Shown in pieces: positions 36,591 through 47,640 of a stretch of 64,000 bases of DNA. Where the stretch lies: the NCBI GenBank assembly GCA_008632985.1, contig QPGO01000026.1, positions 620,001-684,000 of the forward strand. The letters run 5' to 3'. The stretch is from Psammoneis japonica. Its lineage: Eukaryota. A model generated the notes under the pieces. The model was not told the DNA's origin and did no database searches. It was given only the letters and a program-made list of their open reading frames with translations. Numbering within the stretch: position 1 is the stretch's first letter; the number at the start of each line of letters is the position of its first letter. The translations under genes and the position numbers were made by a program.

Positions 36591-38688
36591 TGGCAGAAGA
36601 TGCAAAACCATCAAAGCACACGACGCAGGAAAAAGGGAAGTCAGCTGAGAGGGCCAAGGATGGGGCAAGGATGGGATTGCAAAGCACAACAAACTGCGCA
36701 AGTGGGTGACAAAAGACAGAGAGGAGAACAAGTGATTTGGTGCATGGCTCAAGGAACAGAGGCAAGAGAAGGCAAAAATGTCTGATGAGGTGGAGAAGGA
36801 GCACAAGAGAGAGGAGAAGAGGAAGGAGAGAGAGGACGGATGGGCCACTCTGAAGGGAGAAAACCTGCTTCCAGCAATGGCATGGAAGCAATTGCAGCCA
36901 TGGCAACAAACCAAACTGGCGTGTGAATGCAAATTGCAGCAAACAACAAAACCTGGAATGCAACAAAAACAAAGAGGCAAACTGCAAGGCAGCTGGCAGT
37001 CAACAACACATGGCAGTTGCAAGATTTGCTTTTGATGCAACAATGCAAGGAGACAAAGTGGTGCAGAAAGAAGTTGCAGACATGGAGGGTGGACCACAAG
37101 TGGTGAGAGATGCATGCGATGAAAGCAGTGTTGACCAATTGCCAGGATTGACTGCAATCAGCCTCACTTTGATTGCAATCGCTGTTGCAAACTTGATTGC
37201 AATGACCTGATTGTCAGGAAAGAGCTGAGGTGGCAATCACAATCGACTGTTGCAATTGATTGCAATCGAAATTCGAGCTCTTTTTACAGCCAAAACAAGC
37301 AAAATGGCTTGCAATCTGTTCATCAGACCACGCAATTGCTGCGCAAATTAAAAATTGGCCAATTGCTGTTCCACAGCAATGCAATTGACTGATTGCAATC
37401 TGATTGCTGCAGAAAACTTTGCAATCAGTTGACCCTGGATGAAAGTGCAAGGAACAGCAAATGACAAAAAAGGCTGAGAGAAGAAAATCATGGGCAAGAA
37501 CCAATGTTGGCACTTTTCAAAGTGGAGTGGAAACCAGAGTCAAGAAGCTCACAAACTCAGCTGGTTTTCAACTGATGTTCAAAGGAAGGCTTGGCTTGTG
37601 AGCTCACAATTGTCTGGGGCTGAAGTCAAGAAATGCCCAGATTGTGACAGGTGGTCAGATGACCCAGATTGTCGTCACCCCAGATGTGTTCAAAAGCTGA
37701 AGCCAAAGCACATGACTCCCAGGGAATGAGCCTGTGCACCAGATTCCAAGATTTGAAACATTTCTTGTTGTGCTTTGACACACCAAAATGTGATTTGTGC
37801 TGGAGATTTTGATGGCATGGCAAAAATGCAGTTGCCAACTTGATGTGGCTCAAAGAACTTCTGGTGTGTTTTGTGTTTTTTGCTCATGGGCGAACCAAGA
37901 GCCAATGTCAAGACTTTGAAGCCAACAAGACCTTCAAGTCACAGTGCAATGTGGCATGCAAGGTTGTTGCAAAAGCCCTGGCATTCAGAAGAAAAAAAGA
38001 GTTGCAGTGCTGGGAAAGACAGCCAATGGATGCATCCCACATGTGGAGGATGCAAAGTTCTGAAATGAAATTTGGAACAGGCACCTCGACTCACAAACAG
38101 GGCCTCATGTGGTCATGCATGATGCGCCCAACATGCCTGTGCCCACACCCTCTTCAGGTGACATGAACCATGCCCTGCCCATCTCCTGCCATGACATGCA
38201 CTGTGCAACAGCTGGTGTTGCTGCGCAACTCTGTTGGCAGACATTCGGGTTGCCTCTGGCTGCCGGTCACAGTGGCGGAGATCCGCCAATCAAGGACACT
38301 TGGCAAGGGCACCGGTGGGGTGGTGAAGCAGCCAATCTTGGTGCAAAGAGAGATGGCGGGACAGAGCATGGCCGAAGTTTGCGATTGTTGCATCTTCTCT
38401 CTCTAGCACTGCCAGGTGCTGGTGGCTGGCACATGGCCTCCGCATCACGCTGCACAGAATGACGCATGCAAAATCTCACATGGGTTGGCACTTGCTGCTA
38501 AAAATGAACTCTGCCGGGAAAAAGTCAAGAGAACGTGGTGGATTGACGGATGGTGTTCGAGCACCCCTGTGGCAGGGGAGAATGTGGTGATGTCATGGTT
38601 GCATGGCAGTTTGTGTCCCATTCATTGCATTTTTGCACAAATGTTCTTACATTTGTTCATGCATTTGTACACAAATGCTGACAGTGGC

Positions 38689-40658
38689 AGGAAAAATCCT
38701 GAACCAAGTTCTCCCCTAAAACTCCAACCACCAAAAACTGAGGGCACAGAAGCACATTTTTGGCAGCGCTCTTCTCCACACAAAAAACATGCGTTTTGAC
38801 AACTCGACCATGATGGTGCCTCATGGTTCTTCCCCATCGCCTTCCCAGGATGCCGATCCCACTGATGCCATTGCCAATGACACTGATGCAATGGGTGATG
38901 TCATTGTTCCAGTTCCCGTGGGTGCGACACATGCAAAATGAGATGCCACAAACTCACACTGTTGTTTGCATGCTCCACCGCCTCCCACAGACACCATCAC
39001 AAATTCCAAAGCTGCACCTGTGTTTTGGGCCCCTGGCATGCCTGACACTGTCACTCCTGCCCTCACTGCTGCGTGCGCTGTTGACACTGTTGTTGTCTTT
39101 TGCCAATGACGTCCACAATGAAATGCCAACAACTCACACTTCTTTCATTCTTGCCCCACCACCTCCCACAGATGCCATCACAAATTCCAATGCCGCACCT
39201 GCATTTCGGCCCCCTGGCATGCCCGGCACTGTTGCTCCTGCCCTTGCTGCTGCAGGTGCTGTTGACACTGTCATTGTCTTTTGCCAACAACATCCACAAT
39301 GAAGTGCTTGCAACTCACACTTCTTTCATTCTCGCCCCACCGCCTCCCACAGATGCTGTCACGAATTCCAACGCTGTTCCTGCGTTTTGCCCCCCTGGCA
39401 TGCCCGACACTGTCAATCCTGCCCTTGCTGCCACAGGCACTGTTGACTGTTGTTGTTTTTGCTTTGGAAGGAGCACAGTGGATGATGGCTGACCAGGAAA
39501 CCCATGCAACCACGGCCTGCTGATGGACGACACATCAATGGACATGAACAGCGCCTCTCAGTCAGCGCACGAGCGTGGTCCAATCTTTAGAATGTACAGA
39601 CACATTGTGCAGCTTTCTGCAAATTAGAAACCTGGTGACAATTGGATGGCAGGCATGCTTTCACAGTTTTTTAGTTTCAAGTTGGAGAGGTTGGCGAGTT
39701 GGCACTTGTTTGCAGGTGACTTGGCAAGGTTTCAAGTGGTGCATGTGACTTGGACACTGCTCTGGGTCATTGTGTGCAATTCCATGAGAGGCCACTCTTG
39801 CCATTTGAGTTCCACATGTGGCGCACAACACACTGTTTTTGCAAGTTGCCAAAACAGAGGCAGGTGGCAACGTGCTTTTGGCAAATGCTCGCTGTGTTTG
39901 TCACTGTCAGACCTTCAAAGCTGGTGCCATGTCGACAGCTGTGCTGCTGCTTTGCATGCCGGCACCTTCTCTGCCCGCATTCCATTGGCTGCATCCTCCT
40001 TCACATGTTGCTGCAGCTCATCTTGACACCTGCTGTCAGCTCCGATTGGCTCCACTGGGCTCTGGGTGAGCCTCAATCACCTCCAGATGGAGGAAGTTCT
40101 GCTTGGGAATGATCATCCTGAGAAAAGTTGTCACCACACCTCCTGTCATGGATGCTCCTCTGCCACGCCCACGCCCATGCAAGGAGTGTCGACCAGCGCA
40201 CTGGTGCTCGTTGATCCTGTGTTTTCGTTGTTCCAAGCAAAATCGCCTCGCTCTGCTGCCACCAGGCCCGCTTGCATCCATGGCAGTTGGAGCACGAGTG
40301 GGATTGTTCGCCTTGTTGTTGCATTGTGCTTGACTGCAGTGCTCAATGACAAATGGCGGCAATGTCGTCCACGTTCAACCTTGGATCTGATGAAAATGGG
40401 CCCAAACTTCAGGATCGCAAATGGGCTGCAACAGCGGGTTTGACGGTGCCGGCCAATGTGGGAGAGACTGCCGTGTCAGGAACGGCAGGCGGGTGTGCGT
40501 CAGGTGGTGTGGGGGACGAAGAACGGGAGGTCGTCATGGTCGAGTCGTCGAAACGCGTGATGTTTTGGTGTGTGCGCTGTCTTCCAAAAAGTGCGCTTCC
40601 GCACCCTCGGTTTTTGGTGGTTAGAGTTTTAGGGGAGCTGTGGAACAGGAATTTTTAC
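38689..40658. mobile_element. ~1.97-kb DNA transposon remnant with ~150-bp terminal inverted repeats
   Basis: 38691 gaaaaatcctg...ctcccctaaaactccaaccaccaaaaactgaggg...ctcgaccatga matches the reverse complement of ~40510-40658; superfamily and TSD not resolved. Confidence 0.8.
38937..39452 (+). repeat. ~181-bp tandem repeat x3 (probably a decayed ~60-aa coding repeat)
   Basis: aactcacact, cctcccacaga, cccctggcatgcc, ctgttgac recur in units starting ~38937, ~39117, ~39298. Confidence 0.85.
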
Positions 40659-40990
40659 TTATGGAATATACACACATGTGGATATTAACATTGAAACTCA
40701 ACGTACGGCGACGAAGCCGTGCGCGCGCAACCACGAACACAACACAGCTCCCTGTGGTGTTCGAGTTTCGCGTAGTGCGTGGTCTACCGGTACCATATCA
40801 TACTGTTTGATTATTCTTCGCCATCTGTTGTGCTCGGTAAGTATAAGAGGGGGAGGTCGACAATGGTGGTAAACTAAGCGACTGACCGACTGACTGATTC
40901 AATTGTCTTGTCGCTTAACTCTAGCCTACTCCATCATTCCACCAGATTGAAGCAATCCGAACTCTCTCTTCCTCTTCTGTTGATATCATC

Positions 40991-41593
40991 ATGAAACTCT
41001 ACACAACCGCCATTCTTACCCTCTCGGTTCTAGCCAACATGGTCTTTGCGTCTTCGGATCTGATGGAGATGGAACAAGACTATAACAACCTTCGTGCCAA
41101 CAGCAAGTACGACCAGAATCACCGTGGCAACCTCTTCTTCTTGCACGGTCATCCGCGCTGGTGGGACAAATGGTGCCGCTGGGCCTGCAAACTCGAAAGC
41201 AAGACTCTGTGCGTCGATAAGTGGTGCAAGTCGTCACCCATTACTTGTTCTATTACAACTGGTTCTCCTATCTTTGCCAATCAGGACTTAGCATTCAATA
41301 TCGCTTTTTCGAATGATTCGAGTGAAGAAGTCACGCTCGCTGCAGGCTCGTTTTATGAAGTTAGCGACTCTAATGGAATCGTGGTAGATGCAGAGGGAAC
41401 AGGGGATTTCCCGGAATTCCCGCTTTCCCTGGAAGGTGTAAAGGTTAAAGGTGGGGCTGCTAATCAGGGGGGCTTGGGCACAACCATTCCAAGTGGTTAC
41501 ACAGTCGTCGGTACCTACGAAATTGAAGTTGTGTTCAATGCAGAGGGTCAAGGATTTTGCACTGCAGAAGTTAATGTCGTGGCTAATATTTGA
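40991..41593 (+). CDS. Secreted 200-aa protein of unknown function (beta-sandwich-like C-terminus)
   Basis: ATG in good context, signal peptide MKLYTTAILTLSVLANMVFAS, normal TA/CG content. Confidence 0.7.
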   Translation: MKLYTTAILTLSVLANMVFASSDLMEMEQDYNNLRANSKYDQNHRGNLFFLHGHPRWWDKWCRWACKLESKTLCVDKWCKSSPITCSITTGSPIFANQDLAFNIAFSNDSSEEVTLAAGSFYEVSDSNGIVVDAEGTGDFPEFPLSLEGVKVKGGAANQGGLGTTIPSGYTVVGTYEIEVVFNAEGQGFCTAEVNVVANI

Positions 41594-41923
41594 GTAAAAT
41601 GCAGTGCACCATGAGCATAGAAGAAGAAGAAGAAATGCGTGTGAAACAAACAAAAGAAGATTCGAATGACGATCAGTGGAGCAATGCATGGGATACAATT
41701 TTTAAAATAAGCAGATAACGTGAAGGCCACACGTCATATCAAAGGTGCGCGTGTTATTGATTTGCAATAGACAGCCCTTTTAATCTCTCGAGGCACAATT
41801 GCTGTCTCCATTGGTGCTGGCGGTTCCCTCCAGGTTGTCTCTGAAAGAAACGTTGAGGTTCTGCGTCTGTTACATTGATGCTGGAGATTGGCTGGATGCA
41901 GTTTGAAGCGAGCAATAAAGGAG

Positions 41924-42074
41924 GAGGATGCGAGACAATCACGGGATGACTCTGATGCCGCCATGGGGATAGAGTCGTCTCTCTTGGCACGAGATAATGA
42001 TGTGATGCCAGAGTTAGAATTCATTTCGATGCTCACGCCACAGTCCATGCAGGAGTCACATTGATTGATGGGTG
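41924..42074 (+). pseudogene. Duplicate fragment of the ankyrin gene (53602-53747)
   Basis: gaggatgcgagacaatcacgggatgactctga.gccgccatggggatagagtc nearly identical; CpGs largely retained. Confidence 0.9.
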
Positions 42075-42509
42075 CTGCAGTGCTTGTTGTGCACACGATG
42101 GCATCAAATCAATTTTCTCTGTGCCCTCTGCTTGTGCTTGATGTCCTTTTCCAGATCATCATCAAGAACAACAACAACAACACCTTGGGGAATGACCACA
42201 CAATGTCTTCCTCTTCACAGCTGCTGCACTTGCAAGAACAGATGGAATCAAGCCCTGCTGGTGATGGCTCATGCCGGCGCCATTTTGGCGATTCACAATG
42301 CAACACTCCCAAACCATCACCACATTGTCAGCATCCTCAAACTCTTCCTCATTGGCCGTCATGGCTGCCAGACAACAGCTTGACCTGGTGCAATTTTTCC
42401 ATTTTCCTGAAACAGCGTTCAAAAGGTGGCCCAACAAGTGCAGCAAGCCAAACACCTCATGTGTTGGTGCCGTGCTTCACCCACACCACAATCCAATGAA
42501 AAGAGGCAC
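42075..42509 (-). pseudogene. Decayed duplicate of the 3' part of the 54837-55844 gene (54789-55216)
   Basis: AAMTANEEEFEDADNVVMVWECCI vs AAMMANEEEVEDTVNVVMVRECCI. Confidence 0.9.
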
Positions 42510-42937
42510 CTCCTTCAATGGGTGTGTGAATGCACAAGTGAGTCTTGGGATGAAAATAAAAAATGCTTTCAATGCAGCACATGTTCAGTGCAGAAACCAT
42601 TTCATCTCTGGCAGAAACAACAATGTGAGACAACGGAGAATTGCAGCTGTTTTGCTGTTGAATTTTTTCAGCCTGGAAAAGTCATTGATTTAGATTCAGA
42701 CAGTGTCAGTTCTTGTTTTGATCCTTGAATGGATGCTTTTGTTGATTTGATTGGCCTCAGCATGTGATGAATCAACACCAGTGCAATTGCTGCCAATGAT
42801 GCTTGAAACAAGAAGCGCTGGCTGCCGGACCAAAAGCATTGTTTTCGAGCCATCATGGTGAAAATGACAGCAAGATTGCCTCAGTGGGCCAGAGCCAAAA
42901 ATTTGGCATGCCCCCCCATGACATCATCAGACTGTTG
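42508..42937 (-). pseudogene. Decayed duplicate of the 5' part and upstream region of the GT32 gene (13724-14170)
   Basis: LFQASLAAIALVLIHHMLRPI vs LFRVSLAVLALVLIRYMLRPI; colinear nucleotide alignment. Confidence 0.92.
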
Positions 42938-43309
42938 TGACGCACAACCCTGAGCTTGCCTCTGGGGTCCACTTCCTTGGTGCAAGGAGCCTCTTTGGCC
43001 TGTTGGGCCACAGCCAATTCCTGCCTCTCTGACACTTGTTCCACTCTCTCTCGTTTGAGGTAGAGACAAGCTTCTTGCCCATCTCCATGAAAAGCAGACA
43101 CAGGCTCAAACTTTTTCCTGAGCGCTGCTTTGTTGTCCCTTCTTTGGCACAGCTGCTTGGCACTGATTTCTGCTGCAATGCAGGCCCCGACAACCCACCC
43201 GACCTCTTTCTTTGGACCTCTTCCTTCTAAGACTTCCTCCTTGCCACACTGCCCACCATCACCCCCTCTCTTGGCAGCCTCAGAGATCCTGCTGTCGCTG
43301 CTGCCCCCC

Positions 43310-43315
43310 NNNNNN
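43310..43315. other. Assembly gap (N run inside poly-C)
   Basis: nnnnnn flanked by C runs. Confidence 0.95.
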
Positions 43316-44740
43316 CCCCCCTCCTTCCTCAATGATGGAGCACAACTTCTTTTTTGGGAAACAATTCTCTCAAGCTCCCACTGCTTTAGACTGTCTCTCT
43401 CTCTCTCTTCAGAATGGCCCTCACTCTCACCTTTGCCTGTGTGCTCTCTTTTGATGCTTCACCTCTGCCCTTGCTTCCAACCCCCGTCTTCCTCTCTGAC
43501 TCCAGCCATCTGCTCTTGTCAAATCAAAAGCACTTCCCAACCTGACACACCATCTCTGTCATGCTTGTCAACAGCATGCCATTCTTGCTGCTGCCCTTGC
43601 TGGTGCTCCTTCTGGTGTTCAAGCCACTCTTCCCTCTCTTTTGTCCTCTCCTCTTGCCAGCCTGCCACTGCAGCACTCTCTTCCACCACTTCGCAGCCTC
43701 CTTTTGTGCCTTGCCTCTGATGAGGAGTGCACTGCAGCAGCTCAGTGCAAGCTGCATCTGCCTGCACTGCTGCCCACATGCCCCATCAATGCTCCTTGTC
43801 CCTGTGGACATGCCACTCTTGATGCCTTTGGTGATCACACTTTCTTTCTTCACCTGTGAAGGCACAACAGTCACAAGTCCAAATTGTCCAGCAGCACTTG
43901 TGACACCATTTTTGTCATTGTGTGGGCCCTCAGGCCTCTTGAAAAATTGTGTCATTTGCCCAATGACACCTGGCTGATGTTGGCATTGTCACCCCTCCTC
44001 CTGCTTCCCTTGCGACCCCCTCCCACCACCATTGCATCATCGCTGTTGATGTTGCCATCCCCAAAGCTCCTTCTCATGACACTCCTCTGGGTCTCTCCCC
44101 ACCCTCTCCACTCCAGTCTCAACTGAGGATTGCAACAGGAGCATCATGAGCTCAAAGTTGCTCTTGCCTTCTGCATCCTCTGCTGATGGCTCCCTTGCTG
44201 CTGCACAATCCCTTGACAATGGCGGAATCTTCCTCCTTCGGTCCTCTCACCTTTGGTCACTTGGGTGGTCTGGGCTTCTTTTTTCATCATTCCTTCTTCA
44301 GCTTTTCTTTGCTCACTTTCTGCTCTCAACCCAAGCTCCCCAGCCTGACCCATCTGCCCTGCAACACTCTGACACTTCCTGCTCTGCTTTCTGCCATGCT
44401 CTCACCTCACCATCTCCCTTTCTGTCCTCTGCTGACTTTGCTTGGCACCAAATCACTGCTGGCCGCTTTGGCAGCACCCACCACTCTGCTTCTTCCTCCC
44501 AATGGGCCATTCAGACCCTTGGCAGCAACATTCTCCATCATTTCATTGCCCATGCGTTCGGTTTTCTCTCTGCTCTTCACACCGACTGATCTCCGATTCC
44601 TTCTTTGAAACGCCCTGCGTGCTGTTTCATGCATCCTTTCTTTGCACCCACTCCCACAGCCGCCCGTTTGCTGCCTCCCCCACAAGACTGAGCAGGCTCT
44701 CTAAATCTTTGCTTGAGGAAGTGCAAGTGAGAGACAAAAC

Positions 44741-45450
44741 TCACAGCTGCAGACACACATCAATTGAGACAAAGCTTTTACCCAGCATGGTGTTGTGCAG
44801 CTTTAGTTGGTGGCAACGCTGTCCGCCTCTTGTTCAGGTCAATTGGAAATCAACGTTCATCCAACCCCATCCATTTTTTCACAAACAAGCTCTCTGATGT
44901 GTGGGCTTGCTCGTCCCACATTCTTGCCTTGCATCGAGCCAGTCGCACAGACTGCAGGTTTTCGTCCCAACGATCCTCAAGCTCCAAATCAAACAGGTGC
45001 TTGTCAGCATGCAGCAGTTTGTTGGGACGCAACTCAAGTTTTCTTGATCAATTTGATTGCTGTCAATGGGCATCTTTCAAATTTTACAGGCACAGTGTTG
45101 CGGTGGTGGACAAGCGGGCTTTGGAGCCCGCAGCGCATGACTCACATTTTCTCTGGCCGCTCTTTCGCTGGCTTTGACGCACACCCCTGTTGCATCATCT
45201 GTTCGAAGAAACCTCCCTCCTTTGGATCGCACCCCATTTGCAATTTCCTGTGTGATGCTTGGCTTTTCTTGCTTGGTGGCCTCACGGCACCGTTTTTGAT
45301 TCTCGTCGATGGCTTCGTGAAAGAAACGATTTCATTCATGACTTCGTTTGCCTCTTCCTAAAAACACATCGAAAGGCGATGAAGGTGGGAAGTCAATCTG
45401 AGTGCAACTGGGAGTGTCCGGCAATTCGTTGGCAGTGGCAGGTTCCTTTG
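44741..45450 (-). pseudogene. Fused decayed duplicates of 47550-47860 and of the DUF6824 gene segment 50703-51123
   Basis: gcttgctcgtcccacattcttgccttgcatcgagcca shared with 47708-47744; ELPDTPSCTQIDFPPSSPFDVFLGRGKR vs ELPDAPSSVQIDFPPSSPFDVFLGKGKR; join at ~45030. Confidence 0.9.
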
Positions 45451-45499
45451 GAGAATCCGCAGCCCAACTTTCATTTGACAAGCCGGTGGCTGCAGCAGA

Positions 45500-47009
45500 G
45501 TGCAGCGATCTGGGGGGGATCACAATGACTGGTGGTGATCTGAGACATCACTGAAGCGTCGGCAGCCGGAATGCAAACTTCAACCACAGAGAATCTTCTT
45601 TCCTTTCCACCGTTGTCGCCGTTTGCTCTGACACCAATGAGTGAACTGAAGGATCTTTTGTCTTCCATTTGATGCTCATTGTTTTCTGTGCTGTCTTCAG
45701 ATGACACCAAATCTTTTGAATGTTTTCTGCTTTTCCCATTTTGCGTTGCTGCTGTTGCCACTGGCTGTTCCGCTGCCTCCTCCATCTTGACAAACAGCTC
45801 GGGGTGTGCCAGCTGCCTTGCGTCATTGCGCGCCCCTGTTCTTTCCTCCTCCGTGACCATCACTGACATCATGATCATCGTCACTCTTCTCGTTGTGATC
45901 CTTTTCACAGTGGTCATCATGGCTGGGAGATCTCTTGCACTTTCGATTTTGTCTGCCGTCGTTGACATTGTCAGCAATGTCAACATCTTTTGCTTCTCGG
46001 AAACGTTTGCCCGTGGAGTTCACACACATTTCCCCACAACCTTTGTTTTCTCCTCCCTGCTTGATGCAAACAAAGAAACGGGGCTTTCTTGCATGCTGCC
46101 AATGTTGCAGACACTCATCGCCCCTTTTCTCCACATCGGCAGCATTCAGATCATTCACCGTGCCTTTGTTGCTCTGGAGAAACTCTTGGCAATGCTTTTT
46201 TTGCAAAAACTCATAAAACTGTTGCTTCACTTCAGGTGCGTTCATGTCTCCCACCGTCTCATCACTCTGCAAAAATTCTCTCCACAGTGATGTCATTTGG
46301 CCGTCTTTTGCTTTTCTGTTTGCTCCATGTCAAAGAAGAACGGAATCGGGCGGAATGGGCTTGGGGTTGTCGGATGGCCTCTTGACACTCGTTGCCGGCG
46401 AGGATGCTTTTTCGGAGTCTCCCTGTGTGACCGTGACCTGCGCAACTGAGGACAAGTCTGTTGAAACTGGAAATGTGAAGCGGAGAAAGATGCAAGGCAG
46501 ACTTGACACAACAGAACCTTTGGAGAGAAAATCCCTCGCACCTTCACTGTGCGATTCGACGTTGCTTCTTGGTGAGACAGCCAGGGCTTGCACGGCTTGC
46601 CTTTGAGGGGTGGCTGCAAAATCAAAGGGCTGACTCACCAAGTCATCAATTTCATGGTCTGAGAAATGCAAAGCCGTCTTGTTTTCTTCGACATAGAGAG
46701 GAGAAATGATTTGTGATGATTTCATCATCAGAAGCGAGGAGGGAAAGGTGGCGGTGGCAGGACACTTCTTGCAACTTGCCTTGGAGATTCTTGACTTTTT
46801 CTTCCAGCTCTTCGATCTGCATGTCCTTCCTGGCATTGACGAGTCTCAGATCAGACTTTTCCCTTTCCAGCTCTGTGATCTGGATGTCCTTTCTCGCGTT
46901 CACGAGTTTGAGATCCGATTTGAGATCAGCAACTTCTTTTTCTTTTGACAAGAGTTCATTCCTGAAATTCCTTGTCTCAGGTGTCATGGACGAGATCGGT
47001 GTCACTCAT
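45500..47009 (-). pseudogene. Decayed gene for a coiled-coil protein with internal repeats
   Basis: KSDLKLVNARKDIQITELE / KSDLRLVNARKDMQIEELE repeat; acidic segments spread over several frames. Confidence 0.45.
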
Positions 47010-47640
47010 GGTAGATCCTGTTTGCTTGCTCAGCACGGAAGCGCTTCTCTTGCAACAAAAGACAAGGATGGTTCGCAGCAAGTTGTGTCGTGTCAGCTCT
47101 CTTTCGTGTGCTTCGTCGTGTTGTCTTCAAGAGTTTTTTTGGAATTTTTCAGATCCAGTGCAAATCTACGTTGAAATGTACGTAGCCTTTTTCATGCGCG
47201 GATGACAGCATCAGTGCTGGAGATGCATGAAACATGTGGCATGTAGAGAAATGCTGATTTGGTCGCATGGATTGCGAACTCCAAGTCTCCATTGAGCATC
47301 AGATGTTCAGATTCGAAGGTAAATAAATTCACGCCTCACCAGCGCATGACCGAGATCCATCCTTCATGTTCGCATGAAGCGTGCAGAAAGTTTTTGGCGC
47401 GCTTTGAACGTCATCAGACCCAACCATTACATTGTTGTGTTGTGTTGTCGGCACCTGCGTTCATGTGTGTGCATTGCTCGAGGGCTTCACGGATGGGATG
47501 AACCATTGTTGAATGCAGCACAAGCATGTCCTTCCGATCCATGGGACACAACACGCTGCAGACACACCGATTGACTCAAAGATTTTACCGTTGATGGTGT
47601 CATGTAGCCTCGGTTGGTGGCAATGTCATCCCACTCTTGT

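Larger units (their letters stand above)
24800..40650. other. TpA/CpG-depleted domain II
   Basis: No TA seen by eye between ~33437 and ~35462; contains inverted and tandem repeats and TE-like remnants. Confidence 0.88.

Noticed and set aside
32460..39452. Periodic repeats (~189 bp, ~181 bp) as CRISPR arrays
   Set aside because: Units repeat over their whole length without unique spacers; eukaryotic context; no cas genes.
14406..47174. Most ORF-track entries inside the depleted domains as real Cys/His-rich proteins
   Set aside because: Explained by loss of TAA/TAG; they overlap on both strands, lack Tyr and show no family motifs.
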